Of a stretch of DNA of 64,000 bases, positions 8,214 to 22,017 are shown piece after piece. Each line of letters begins with the position of its first letter. The first letter of the stretch is position 1. Position numbers and translations under genes: made by a program. The notes under the pieces are model-generated. The model made no database searches. It was not told the DNA's origin and saw only the letters and a program-made list of their open reading frames with translations. The stretch spans positions 41,803-105,802 of the forward strand of contig CAVPDT010000001.1 of the NCBI GenBank assembly GCA_963702725.1. Reading direction: 5' to 3'. The DNA is from an uncultured Solirubrobacterales bacterium (lineage in GTDB: Bacteria; Actinomycetota; Thermoleophilia; Solirubrobacterales; Solirubrobacteraceae).

Positions 8214-10541
8214 ATGTCGAAGACCCTGCTGATAGCCGAGAAGCCCTCCGTGGGGCAGGACCTGGCGCGCGTGCTGAAGGGACCGTTCCAGAAGAAGGAG
8301 GGGTGGCTGGAGGGACCCGAGCACGTCGTTACGTGGGCGGTCGGCCATCTCGTGCAGCTGGCCGAGCCCGACGAGTACGACAAGAAGTTCAAGCGCTGGC
8401 GGATGGAGGATCTGCCGATCGTGCCCGAGAAGTTCAAGCTCGTGGTGCGCGACGAACGTTCGCGCAAACAGATGACGGTCGTGACCGCGCAGCTCGGGCG
8501 CGAGGACGTCGATCTGGTCGTCAACGCCTGCGATGCCGGGCGCGAGGGCGAGCTGATCTTCGCGTATCTGTATGAGAAGGCGAAAGGCAACAAGCCGATC
8601 AAACGGCTGTGGCTCAGCTCGATGACGAACGCGGCGATGAAAGCCGCGCTCGACTCGCTGCGCCCGGCCGAGGAATTGGCGTCGCTTGAGAAGGCGGCCC
8701 GCTCGCGTTCGGAGGCGGACTGGATCGTGGGCATGAACGCGACGCGCGCGGCGACGATCCGCCTGCGCAGCTCCTTTGACGGGGCGGTGTCGCTCGGACG
8801 GGTGCAGACCCCGACGCTTGCGATCGTCGCGCGCCGCGAGGAGGAAATCAAGGCGTTCAAACCCGAGCCCTACTGGTTGGTCGACGCGACGTTCGCCGCG
8901 GATCCGCTTGCCGACGCGGACGTCAACGGCGACGGCGAGGCGGGCGAGCGCGTCTATCGCGGTCGTTTTCACGCGGGCGCCAAGCCCCGGATCGCGAGTG
9001 AGGCCGAGGCGGTGGCGATCGTTGAGGCGTGCGAGGGCTCGACGGCGAGCATCACGAAGCTCGAGAAGAAAGAGCAGCGCGAGAAAGCGCCGATGCTGTA
9101 TGACCTGACGACGCTCCAGCGCGAGGCGAACACGCGCTACGGGTTCTCCGCGAAACGGACGCTGGCTGCGGCGCAGCGCTGCTACGAGGAGCACAAGGCG
9201 CTCACTTATCCCCGCACGAACTCGCGTTATCTGACCAAAGACATGGTCGCGGAGATCAAGCCCACGGCCGAGCTGGTGGGCTCGCACCCCGACTATAAAA
9301 AGGCCGCGGAGTACGTCACGAGCCTCGATCTGCTGCCGCTGGGACGGGTCGTGAACGACGCGAAGGTGACCGACCACCACGCGATCATCCCGACCAAGTC
9401 AGAGCACGACCTGGACCGGATGGGCTCGGATGACAGGCGCATCTACGACATGGTCACGCGGCGCTTTCTGGCGGTGTTCCACCCGGAGGCGGTGTTCGAG
9501 AACACGCGCGTGGAGACCACGATCCCCGCGGGCGAGGACGAGCGCGACGGCGGATACGTGTTCCGCACGCGCGGCAAGCTCTTGCTCGTGCCGGGCTGGC
9601 GCGGGGTCTACGACGAGGTCTCCGCGGCCGCCGGCGCGGCGAAAACGAGCGGCGGCGCGCGGGCCGAGGGCGAGGAGGACGAGGGCGCCGATCAGCAGCT
9701 GCCGAAGCTCGAGCAGGGCGAGAGCGTGCGCACGCGCGAGATCAAGAGCGCGCGCAAGGAAACGAAACCGCCGCGGCGCTACTCCGACGCGTCGCTGCTG
9801 GGCGCGATGGAGACCGCGGGCAAGCTCGTCGACGACGAGGAGATGCGCGAGGCGATGAAGGACTCGGGCATCGGCACGCCGGCGACGCGGGCGGCGATCA
9901 TCGAGCGGCTGATCACGGTCGGCTACATCGAACGCGACGGGCGTTCGCTGGTGGCCAGCGAGAAGGGCGTGAACGTGATCCGCCTCTTGAACGAGCACGC
10001 GCTGACCTCGCCCGGGCTGACCGGCGACTGGGAGAACCGCCTGGGCAAGATCGAGCGCGGGGAAGATTCGCGGGAGAAGTTCATGAGCGACATCGCGGGC
10101 TTCGCCAAAGAGACGATCGCGGAGCTCGACGAGAAGCTCAAGGACGTGCGCATACCCCGCGCGAACCTCGGTCCGTGCCCGGTGTGCGGGCACGAGATCA
10201 TGGAAAACCGCAAGGGCTATTCGTGCTGGGCGCGTAACGATCCGGGCTGCGGGTTCGTGATCTGGAAGGGGAAAGCCGGCAAGCAGCTGCCCGCGGAAGT
10301 CGCGCGCGAGCTGATCAAGACCGGCTACACCGCGCGGGCGATCACCGGGTTCAAAGGACGCAGCGGGCGCAGCTTCAAAGCGCACCTCGCACTCGAGCAG
10401 ACCGAGGAGGGCAAATGGCGGGTCGAGTTCGACGAGCCGTGGGCGAAGGCGGGCGCCAAGCCGCCGGACGCCGAGGTCGAGGCCCAGACGCCCGTGACCG
10501 CGCGGGCGGAGAGCGACATCGAGGCTCGCACTGCCGCTTAG
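8214..10541 (+). CDS. topB: type IA DNA topoisomerase (topoisomerase III-like)
   Basis: IAEKPSV TOPRIM, CDAGREGE, GRVQTPT, active-site LTYPRT, GIGTPATRAAII, C-terminal CPVC zinc/repeat domain; TACGCT -10 7 nt before ATG 8214. Confidence 0.92.
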   Translation: MSKTLLIAEKPSVGQDLARVLKGPFQKKEGWLEGPEHVVTWAVGHLVQLAEPDEYDKKFKRWRMEDLPIVPEKFKLVVRDERSRKQMTVVTAQLGREDVDLVVNACDAGREGELIFAYLYEKAKGNKPIKRLWLSSMTNAAMKAALDSLRPAEELASLEKAARSRSEADWIVGMNATRAATIRLRSSFDGAVSLGRVQTPTLAIVARREEEIKAFKPEPYWLVDATFAADPLADADVNGDGEAGERVYRGRFHAGAKPRIASEAEAVAIVEACEGSTASITKLEKKEQREKAPMLYDLTTLQREANTRYGFSAKRTLAAAQRCYEEHKALTYPRTNSRYLTKDMVAEIKPTAELVGSHPDYKKAAEYVTSLDLLPLGRVVNDAKVTDHHAIIPTKSEHDLDRMGSDDRRIYDMVTRRFLAVFHPEAVFENTRVETTIPAGEDERDGGYVFRTRGKLLLVPGWRGVYDEVSAAAGAAKTSGGARAEGEEDEGADQQLPKLEQGESVRTREIKSARKETKPPRRYSDASLLGAMETAGKLVDDEEMREAMKDSGIGTPATRAAIIERLITVGYIERDGRSLVASEKGVNVIRLLNEHALTSPGLTGDWENRLGKIERGEDSREKFMSDIAGFAKETIAELDEKLKDVRIPRANLGPCPVCGHEIMENRKGYSCWARNDPGCGFVIWKGKAGKQLPAEVARELIKTGYTARAITGFKGRSGRSFKAHLALEQTEEGKWRVEFDEPWAKAGAKPPDAEVEAQTPVTARAESDIEARTAA

Positions 10542-10553
10542 CAGGTTGACAGT

Positions 10554-11573
10554 TTGGGGAGGCACGCTTACGGCCGGTCGGTTCGACCACCCGTAGTGGC
10601 GCCGGCCACCGCACCTGACGGCGTATCGGGAGCGGCGCTCACAGCGCCGGGAACGGGCCCGGCGCCGTTGCGCGATGCACGCGTCCTCGACGAACTGCGC
10701 GCCAGGCCGTGGTCGGCGTCTTCGCTGGAGCTGTGGATCTCGTGCCCGGCGCGGTGGTTCGTCGAGCGGATGCTGCGCCCGGACAGTCCCGAGCCCGATC
10801 CCGAGCCCCTGACGCGCGGGGGGCTGGCGCACGCGGCGCTGCGCGACACGCTGGAGGGATTGCGCGAGCGCACCGGCTCGGCGCGGGTGACACAGGCGCG
10901 GCTGGGGCCGGCGCGCGAGCTGCTCGGCGAGGCCCTGGAGCGCCATGCGCATGAGTTCCCGCTGTCGGTGCGCGCGGAGCGCGTACCGAGCGCGCGCCGC
11001 CGGCTGGAGGCCGACCTGGAGCGCTATCTGGCGCACGCCGCGGCCCAGGACAGTCCGCTCGAGCCCATGTGGCTGGAGGCGGGTTTCGGGTTCGACGGCG
11101 AGGAGGGCGCTCTGCCGGCATTCGATCTCGGCGACGGGGTGCTGTTGCGCGGGCGGATCGATCGCATCGACGTCCTGCCGGGGGGAGAGGCGGCGGTCGT
11201 CTACGACTACAAGGGCGCGCGCGTCACGCCCGGCGCTCGCTGGATCGAGGACGGCAAGATCCAGCTCGCGCTGTACATGCGCGCCGCCGAACGACTCCTC
11301 GGCCTGCGCGTGGTCGGAGGGCTGTATCAGCCGCTGGGCGGCGTCGATCTGCGCGCCCGGGGGGTCCTCGACGCGGCGGCGGGCGTGGGGGTGGAGTGCG
11401 TGCGCACGGACCTGCTGGAAGGGACCGAGATCGAGGAGCTCGTGCAGGAGGCCGTCGAAGTGGCGCGCGCGGCCGCGGCGCAGGCGGTGGCGGGAAAGAT
11501 CGAGGCACGGCCGCTGACTTGCGCGTTCACGGGCGGGTGTTCGCACCCGTCGATCTGCCGTTCAGGGCGCTGA
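10554..11573 (+). CDS. PD-(D/E)XK nuclease, AddB C-terminal-domain-like (start uncertain: 10554 TTG or 10596 GTG)
   Basis: SASSLE..CP..W, GRIDRID, DYK, QLALY, C-terminal C-x5-C-x5-C (Fe-S staple-like Cys set). Confidence 0.8.
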   Translation: MGRHAYGRSVRPPVVAPATAPDGVSGAALTAPGTGPAPLRDARVLDELRARPWSASSLELWISCPARWFVERMLRPDSPEPDPEPLTRGGLAHAALRDTLEGLRERTGSARVTQARLGPARELLGEALERHAHEFPLSVRAERVPSARRRLEADLERYLAHAAAQDSPLEPMWLEAGFGFDGEEGALPAFDLGDGVLLRGRIDRIDVLPGGEAAVVYDYKGARVTPGARWIEDGKIQLALYMRAAERLLGLRVVGGLYQPLGGVDLRARGVLDAAAGVGVECVRTDLLEGTEIEELVQEAVEVARAAAAQAVAGKIEARPLTCAFTGGCSHPSICRSGR

Positions 11574-11575
11574 GC

Positions 11576-14200
11576 GTGGAGCGGTTGACCGGATGGGAGC
11601 TCGTCGATCCCGAAGCCGGGAGCGCGAGCGGTCCGGAGCGGGCGGGCGAGCCCGAGCCCGCGACCGCCACGGTGGCGCCGAGCAGGCTGACGGCAGAGCA
11701 GGAGCAGGCGGTGGCGCGGCGCGGCGAGCCGCTGCTGCTGGCGGCGGGCGCCGGGAGTGGCAAGACCTCGGTGCTGGTCGAGCGGTTCGTGCGGGGCGTG
11801 CGCGAGGACGGGATCGCGCCCGAGCGGATCCTGGCGATCACGTTCACCGAGCGCGCCGCGGGCGAGCTGCGCGAGCGGGTGCGCGCGCGGCTGCTGGGAC
11901 TCGGTGAGACGGGCGCGGCGCGCGCTCTCGACGGCGCGTTCGTCGGCACCTTCCACGGGTTCTGCGCGCGGATCCTGCGCGCGCACGCGCGCGAGGCCGG
12001 CCTGGGGGAGGGGCCTCACGAGATCCTGGACGAGGGGCTCGCGGGACGGCTGCGCCGCCGCGCGTTCGCCGGTGCGCTCGGCGAGTTCGTCGGCGACGGG
12101 AATCGCGGCGAGGCGGTCGATCTGATCGCCGCATATACCGCCGATCGGGCGCGCGCGATTGTGTTGGGGGTCTACGCCGAGCTGCGCAGTCATGGGCAGC
12201 GCTCACCGCGGCTGCCCGCGCCCCGGCCCGGGCGCGCGCCTGTCGGACAGGCCGAGCTGTCGGCGGCGGCGGAGTTGGACGAAAAGAGCAGGCTGCAAGC
12301 ACGGGCCGTGGAGGAGACGGGCGCCCGTGCGATCGCGCTGTGGGACGAGCTGCTGAGGCGCTTCGGGGAGCGCTACGAGGCCGCCAAGCGGGCCCGCGAG
12401 GGCGTTGACTTCGACGATCTCGAGCTGCTGGCGGGCGAGCTTCTGAAAGGCGACGAGCGGATCCGCGGGAGCTGGTCGGAGCGGTTCGAGCTGCTGATGG
12501 TGGACGAGTTGCAGGACGTCAATCCTCGCCAGCTTCAGCTGGTGAGCATGCTGGAGCGCGAGAACCTGTTCACGGTCGGCGACGAGTGGCAGTCGATCTA
12601 CGGGTTCCGTCACGCCGACGTCGGTCTGTTCAGGGATCGCGACGCGCGCTTGGCGCCGCGCGGGCAGAGCCTGCGGCTGGCGCACAACTTTCGCGGCAGG
12701 CCGCAGCTGCTTCAGGCCGTGAACGCGGTGTTCGCACGGCGATTCGGCGAGACCTACATACCTTTGCGCGCAGGACGCGAGCGCGACCGCGAGTCCTCGG
12801 CGCGGCGCGAACCGCATCTCGAGCTGCTGCTCACGGATCGCCGTGGCTGGAGCGGCGCGGGGGCTCGGCTCGCGGAGCTCGGCGGGGTGCGAGGCACGGG
12901 CGCGGCGGACTGGCGCCAGGCGGAGGCGCTCGCGCTGGCGCGGCGCGTGCGGGAGCTGATCGAGGATGGGCGCACGCGGGCGGGTCAGGTGGCGGTGCTG
13001 CTGCGGGGCATGGGCGATATCGACTGCTACGAGCAGGCGCTGCGCGCGCAGGGTCTGCGCACGCTCGCGAGCGCCGGGTCGTTCTGGGCGCGCCAGGAGG
13101 TGGCCGATTTGCTCGCGTACCTGCGCGCGCTGGCCGATCCCGGCGACGAGTTGGCGCTGTATGGCGCGCTGGCCGCGCCGCCGGTGGGATTGTCCAGCGA
13201 CACGCTGGCGCTGCTGGCGCGCGCGGCGCGGGAGCGGGAGTGCGGCGTGTGGGAGGTGGTCCGCCGGCCCGAGGTCCGCGCCGCACAGGGGGCCGGCGCC
13301 GCAGGCCCCCTGACGGACGCTGAGCGCGAGCGTGCCGGCGCGTATTGCGCATGGCTTGAGGCCGAGCGTGAGCTGGTGGACGAACGCACGCTCGCAGAGC
13401 TGCTGGAGCGGGCGATCGAGCATGGCGCTGACACGGCGCGAGTGCGCGCGGACGCGGACGAACCGCGTAGGCTCGCGAACGTGCGCAAGCTGATCGGGCT
13501 GGCGGGAGAGTGGGAACGCAGCGAAGGCCACGACCTGCGCGGGTTCCTGGACGAGGCCGCCTTCCAACAGGGCGCGGGCGGCATGGGCTTTCTCGCGAGC
13601 GCCGACACGTCCGCCGAGCCCGACGCGCCCGGCGATGACCAGGCGCAAGTCGAGGCTGTGCGGCTGATGAGCGTGCATGGGGCCAAGGGGTTGGAGTTCG
13701 ACGTGGTGTGCGTGGCCGATCTCGGTCGTGCGCCGAGCGTCGGCGTGCCCGACCTGCTCGTCGAGGGCGATCGCGTGGGGGTGCGACTGCTCGAGCTCGC
13801 CGATCCCGAACCGCGCCCGGCGCTTGACTATGCGCAGCTGGCCGAGGAGCGTCGCGAAGCTCAGGCCTCCGAGGAGGATCGGATCGTGTACGTCGCGATG
13901 ACTCGCGCGCGCGAGCGGCTGCTGCTGAGTGGGGCGGTGGACTTCGCCGCGTGGCCGCGCGAGCGCCCGGGCGCGCCGCCGATCGCGTGGCTGGGGCCGG
14001 CGCTCGCGCCCGAGCTGCCCGCGCTGTGCGCGCAGGCCGTCCGAGGGCACGGCTCCGAGGATGCTCGACCGCCTGTGGACCCGGTCGATCTCCCGGGCCG
14101 GGATCGCGCGAGGAGGGATCGACCGGCGCCCGCGCTGAGCGTCGACGGAACCGACGTGCCGATGCGCTGTCGCCTGAACACTCCGATGGCGGCCCCATGA
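11576..14200 (+). CDS. UvrD/AddA-like SF1A helicase lacking a C-terminal nuclease domain
   Basis: AGAGSGKT, ITFT, GTFHGF, DFDDL, VDELQD, VGDEWQSIYGFR, SVHGAKGLEF, YVAMTRARE; GTG 11576 just after the nuclease stop. Confidence 0.88.
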   Translation: MERLTGWELVDPEAGSASGPERAGEPEPATATVAPSRLTAEQEQAVARRGEPLLLAAGAGSGKTSVLVERFVRGVREDGIAPERILAITFTERAAGELRERVRARLLGLGETGAARALDGAFVGTFHGFCARILRAHAREAGLGEGPHEILDEGLAGRLRRRAFAGALGEFVGDGNRGEAVDLIAAYTADRARAIVLGVYAELRSHGQRSPRLPAPRPGRAPVGQAELSAAAELDEKSRLQARAVEETGARAIALWDELLRRFGERYEAAKRAREGVDFDDLELLAGELLKGDERIRGSWSERFELLMVDELQDVNPRQLQLVSMLERENLFTVGDEWQSIYGFRHADVGLFRDRDARLAPRGQSLRLAHNFRGRPQLLQAVNAVFARRFGETYIPLRAGRERDRESSARREPHLELLLTDRRGWSGAGARLAELGGVRGTGAADWRQAEALALARRVRELIEDGRTRAGQVAVLLRGMGDIDCYEQALRAQGLRTLASAGSFWARQEVADLLAYLRALADPGDELALYGALAAPPVGLSSDTLALLARAARERECGVWEVVRRPEVRAAQGAGAAGPLTDAERERAGAYCAWLEAERELVDERTLAELLERAIEHGADTARVRADADEPRRLANVRKLIGLAGEWERSEGHDLRGFLDEAAFQQGAGGMGFLASADTSAEPDAPGDDQAQVEAVRLMSVHGAKGLEFDVVCVADLGRAPSVGVPDLLVEGDRVGVRLLELADPEPRPALDYAQLAEERREAQASEEDRIVYVAMTRARERLLLSGAVDFAAWPRERPGAPPIAWLGPALAPELPALCAQAVRGHGSEDARPPVDPVDLPGRDRARRDRPAPALSVDGTDVPMRCRLNTPMAAP

Positions 14201-14976
14201 GCCACGCCTCGCCTTCGGACGGCGAGCTGTTCGCCCGGGCGCGTGCGGGCGAGACGCGCGCGCGCGAGGAGCTCATCGAGCGCTACCTGCCGCTGGCGCG
14301 GCGGCTGGCGCGTCGCTACCAGCGCAGCGAGGAGCCGCTCGAGGATCTGATGCAGGTCGCCTCGTTGGGGCTTTTGAAGGCGGTGGACCGCTATGACACG
14401 AGCCGAGAGACGGCGTTTTCGAGCTTCGCGGTGCCGACGATCCTGGGCGAGCTGCGCCGCCATTTTCGCGATCGCACCTGGTCGGTGCGGGTCCCGCGCG
14501 AGCTCCAGGAGTTGGCGCTGGGAGTGGACAAGACCGCGACGGCGCTCTCCACCGAGCACGGCCGCGCCCCGACGGTCGCCGAGATAGCCTCCTCGATGGA
14601 AGTCAGCGAAGAGCGGGTGCTGGAGGCGCTGCAGGCCGCCGGCGCCTATCGCGCGGGATCGCTGGACGCCCCGCGCGCGGGGGGCGGGGAGGACTCCTCT
14701 TCGGGGGAAAGCGTGGGCGATGCGATCGGCGCGCGGGAGGACGGGTTCGAACGCGCCGAGGAGCGTGCGACGCTGGGACCTATGTTCGCCAAGATCACCG
14801 AGCGCGAGCGGTTGGTGCTGACGCTGCGCTTCGCCGAGGATTTGACCCAGGGGGAGATCGGCGAGCGGATCGGCGTCTCGCAGATGCAGGTCTCGCGGCT
14901 GATTCGTCAGGCGCTCGCGCGGTTGCGAGAGACCCTGAAACAGGACCCTGCCCGGGAGGATCCGCCCACGGGTTGA
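14197..14976 (+). CDS. SigB/SigF/SigG-family RNA polymerase sigma factor
   Basis: EDLMQVASLGLLKAVDRYD, FSSFAVPTILGELRRHFRD, SQMQVSRL; ATGA overlap with the helicase stop. Confidence 0.93.
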   Translation: MSHASPSDGELFARARAGETRAREELIERYLPLARRLARRYQRSEEPLEDLMQVASLGLLKAVDRYDTSRETAFSSFAVPTILGELRRHFRDRTWSVRVPRELQELALGVDKTATALSTEHGRAPTVAEIASSMEVSEERVLEALQAAGAYRAGSLDAPRAGGGEDSSSGESVGDAIGAREDGFERAEERATLGPMFAKITERERLVLTLRFAEDLTQGEIGERIGVSQMQVSRLIRQALARLRETLKQDPAREDPPTG

Positions 14977-15001
14977 CATCGGCGGGCCTACGTCCGACAC
15001 T
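14973..15001 (+). promoter_or_regulatory. candidate sigma70-type promoter for leaderless ku
   Basis: TTGACA (14973-14978) - 17 bp - GACACT (14996-15001), 6 nt before ATG 15008. Confidence 0.45.
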
Positions 15002-15007
15002 GTGCCG

Positions 15008-15913
15008 ATGCCCCGATCGATGTGGATGGGCACGCTCAACTTCGGCCTTGTGAGCATGCCCGTGAAGCTGTACAGCGCCGTCACGAACAAGAGCGTGCAC
15101 TTCAACCAGCTGCACGGCGCCGATCACGCGCGCATCCAGCAGAAGCGCGTTTGCTCGGCCGACGGCGAGGAGGTGCCGTTCGAGGAGATCGTCAAGGGCT
15201 ACGAACTGGCGCCCGAACGGTACGTGGTGATCGAGGACGCAGAGCTTGCGGCGCTCGCGCCGGAGGCCACGCGCACGATCGAGATCGAGGACTTCGTGCA
15301 GATCGAGGAGATCGACCGGATCTACTTCGACCAGCCCTACTACGTGGTCCCCAACCGCGGTGGCTCGCGCTCCTACAGGCTGCTGTTGCAGGCGATGCGC
15401 GAAACCGGCAAGGTCGCGATCGCGCGGGTGGTGCTGCGCTCGCGCGAGCGCCTCGTCGCGGTGCACCCGCGCGAGGACGTGCTGATGATGACCACGCTGA
15501 CCTACGCCGACGAGGTCAACCCGGCGAGCGAGCTGCGCGAGCTGGGCGGCGAGGAGGAGTCGGCCGCCGTGGGCGAGCGCGAGCTCGACGTGGCCAAGCG
15601 ACTGGTGGAGTCGCTGGCCGAGCCGTTTGACATCGGTCGTTATCGCGACACCTACCGCGAGGCCGTGCTCGACCTGATCGACCGTAAGGCCGGTGGCGAG
15701 GAAATCGTCGTGCAGCCGCGCCCTGCGGTGGAGGCGCTGCAGTCCCCGGATCTGATGGGGGCTTTGCAGGCGAGCCTGGAGCGTGCGCGCGAGCGCGACG
15801 GTGGCGGCGTGGCGCCCAACGGCAAAGCCGGGGCTCCCAAGAAGTCCTCCGCGAAGAAGGCGCCGGCGAAGAAAGCTCCGGGCAAGCCCGCCACGAAGGC
15901 CAAGACCGGCTGA
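15008..15913 (+). CDS. ku: Ku protein (NHEJ)
   Basis: MPRSMWMGTLNFGLVSMPVKLYSA, IVKGYE, YFDQPYY, Lys/Ala/Pro-rich C-tail. Confidence 0.95.
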   Translation: MPRSMWMGTLNFGLVSMPVKLYSAVTNKSVHFNQLHGADHARIQQKRVCSADGEEVPFEEIVKGYELAPERYVVIEDAELAALAPEATRTIEIEDFVQIEEIDRIYFDQPYYVVPNRGGSRSYRLLLQAMRETGKVAIARVVLRSRERLVAVHPREDVLMMTTLTYADEVNPASELRELGGEEESAAVGERELDVAKRLVESLAEPFDIGRYRDTYREAVLDLIDRKAGGEEIVVQPRPAVEALQSPDLMGALQASLERARERDGGGVAPNGKAGAPKKSSAKKAPAKKAPGKPATKAKTG

Positions 15914-15996
15914 GCGCATCGGCCGCTTGGTCCGCGCTCCCGGCGAGCTGCGCGCCCGCGTCTGCGAAGGCGAGGTGCGGAGCGGGATAGGCCTTA

Positions 15997-16154
15997 GGGC
16001 CTATCCCAAAAGGGCGTGCGGCTGGGGCGTTCGAGGGTCGAGCGGAGCGCGGACGCAAGGGCGAAGGCATGGTGGTGCCATGTCGAGCCCGAGGACAAAG
16101 CTCCGCGAAGGCCATCGGGCGCATCCAGACGTGCGGCCCTTGCGGGATAGGCCC
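15997..16154. mobile_element. 158-bp MITE, copy 1 (IS5/Harbinger-like ends)
   Basis: TIR GGGCCTATCCC/GGGATAGGCCC (17 of 19 bp when extended), TTA duplicated at 15994-15996 and 16155-16157; identical by eye to 63304-63461. Confidence 0.9.
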
Positions 16155-16583
16155 TTAGGCGAACGGGATCGTGAGGATGAGCTCCTCGCCGCCACCGTCC
16201 GCGGCGGGCTCGACGCGGCGTTGCCGGGAGTAGCGCTCGATCACGTTGCCGATGTCCGGAAGCGCGGCGTCCTCGATCATCCCCGCCGCGCCGCCCGGGC
16301 TCAGCTCGGCGACGCGCAGCTCGAGGGCGCGCTCCTGTGCTGTCAGCGTGTAGGCGAGATGGCCATCGCGCACATGAGCGGGGGCGTGCGCGGAGATCGC
16401 GTCGCACAGGATCAGCACGTCGTCGAAGCGATCCAACGGGCAGGAGGCGCGCGCCAGGACCATCGAGGCGACGCGGCCCAGCACCGGTCCCGCGAGCGGG
16501 CCGCTGGCCACGCGCAGCGATACCGGACCGGGCGGTCCGGGGGTCGACGAGGCGTCCGGCTCGGGCTCGCTCGCGGCGCTCAC
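16155..16583 (-). CDS. hypothetical protein, degenerate anti-sigma (RsbW-like) domain
   Basis: GTGA overlap with the upstream rsbW stop; LGRVASMVLARASCPLDRFDDVLILCDAI resembles the N-terminal helices of HATPase_c_2 but lacks clear N/G boxes. Confidence 0.6.
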   Translation of the reverse strand: MSAASEPEPDASSTPGPPGPVSLRVASGPLAGPVLGRVASMVLARASCPLDRFDDVLILCDAISAHAPAHVRDGHLAYTLTAQERALELRVAELSPGGAAGMIEDAALPDIGNVIERYSRQRRVEPAADGGGEELILTIPFA

Positions 16584-17080
16584 GTCCGTGCGGTCGGGTC
16601 GATCCGGTCGTCCTGGCCACCGGCCCGAGAGCCCTCCTGCGCCGAAGACGTCGAGGACGCTCCGTTGCGAAGGCCATCGGAAAGCGGGAACCTCATGCAC
16701 ACCTCGGTGCGTTCCTGATCGTCGCGCCCGAGCTGCACGGACTCCGCCAACGAAGCGATCAGCGGCAGCCCCAGGCCGAGGCCGGGGCTGTCCGGGTGCG
16801 GGGCGATGCCCGATCCCTCGTCGCGTACGACCACGGTGAGGGCGCCGTCGTCCACGGTGGCGAGGACTTCCAGCGGGCCGGGGTCCTCGTCGGGGTAGGC
16901 GTGGACGACGACGTTCGAGCAGGCCTCGGTGACCGCCAGGCGCACGTCGGAGAGCAACTCCTCCTCCACGGCCAACGCCTCGCCGAGCGCGCCGAAGGCG
17001 TGTCGGATCAGCGCGATGTTCTCTGCTCGCGCCGGGAGCGCCAACTCCATGTCCGGCGTCATACTCGCCGCTGGGGTCAT
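16580..17080 (-). CDS. rsbW: anti-sigma factor / Ser-Thr kinase RsbW family (HATPase_c_2)
   Basis: LPARAENIALIR, DVRLAVTEACSNVVVHAY, VRDEGSGI, GLGLGLPLI. Confidence 0.88.
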   Translation of the reverse strand: MTPAASMTPDMELALPARAENIALIRHAFGALGEALAVEEELLSDVRLAVTEACSNVVVHAYPDEDPGPLEVLATVDDGALTVVVRDEGSGIAPHPDSPGLGLGLPLIASLAESVQLGRDDQERTEVCMRFPLSDGLRNGASSTSSAQEGSRAGGQDDRIDPTART

Positions 17081-17262
17081 CTGGTTGCCTGCATCATCAC
17101 TGATGGTGCCCGATCACGGCGATTCTCACACACCGGAGCATACGCGAGCGCTCATCCGAACCCCGCGCGCACTGATACCCTTTCGGGCTCCGCCTCAGGT
17201 GTCCGCCCGTGCCCGCGCGATGAGTGTTCGTGTGGACTGCACCGCCCCCAGGGAGCACTTCC

Positions 17263-22016
<4,754 letters not shown>

Positions 22017-22017
<1 letters not shown>

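Noticed and set aside
10539-10556. TAG readthrough fusing topB to the nuclease (same frame, 4 codons apart)
   Set aside because: Shared frame has a 1-in-3 chance; there is no pyl machinery or recoding signal, and a TTGACA lies in the gap
11069-11575. ORF-track N-terminal extension of the helicase (1043 aa)
   Set aside because: It overlaps the nuclease gene and is low-complexity Arg/Gly; GTG 11576 is the likelier start
16653-16680. 13-bp match CGAAGGCCATCGG with the MITE interior
   Set aside because: Short, inside the rsbW coding region and without TIRs; plausible by chance in high-GC DNA
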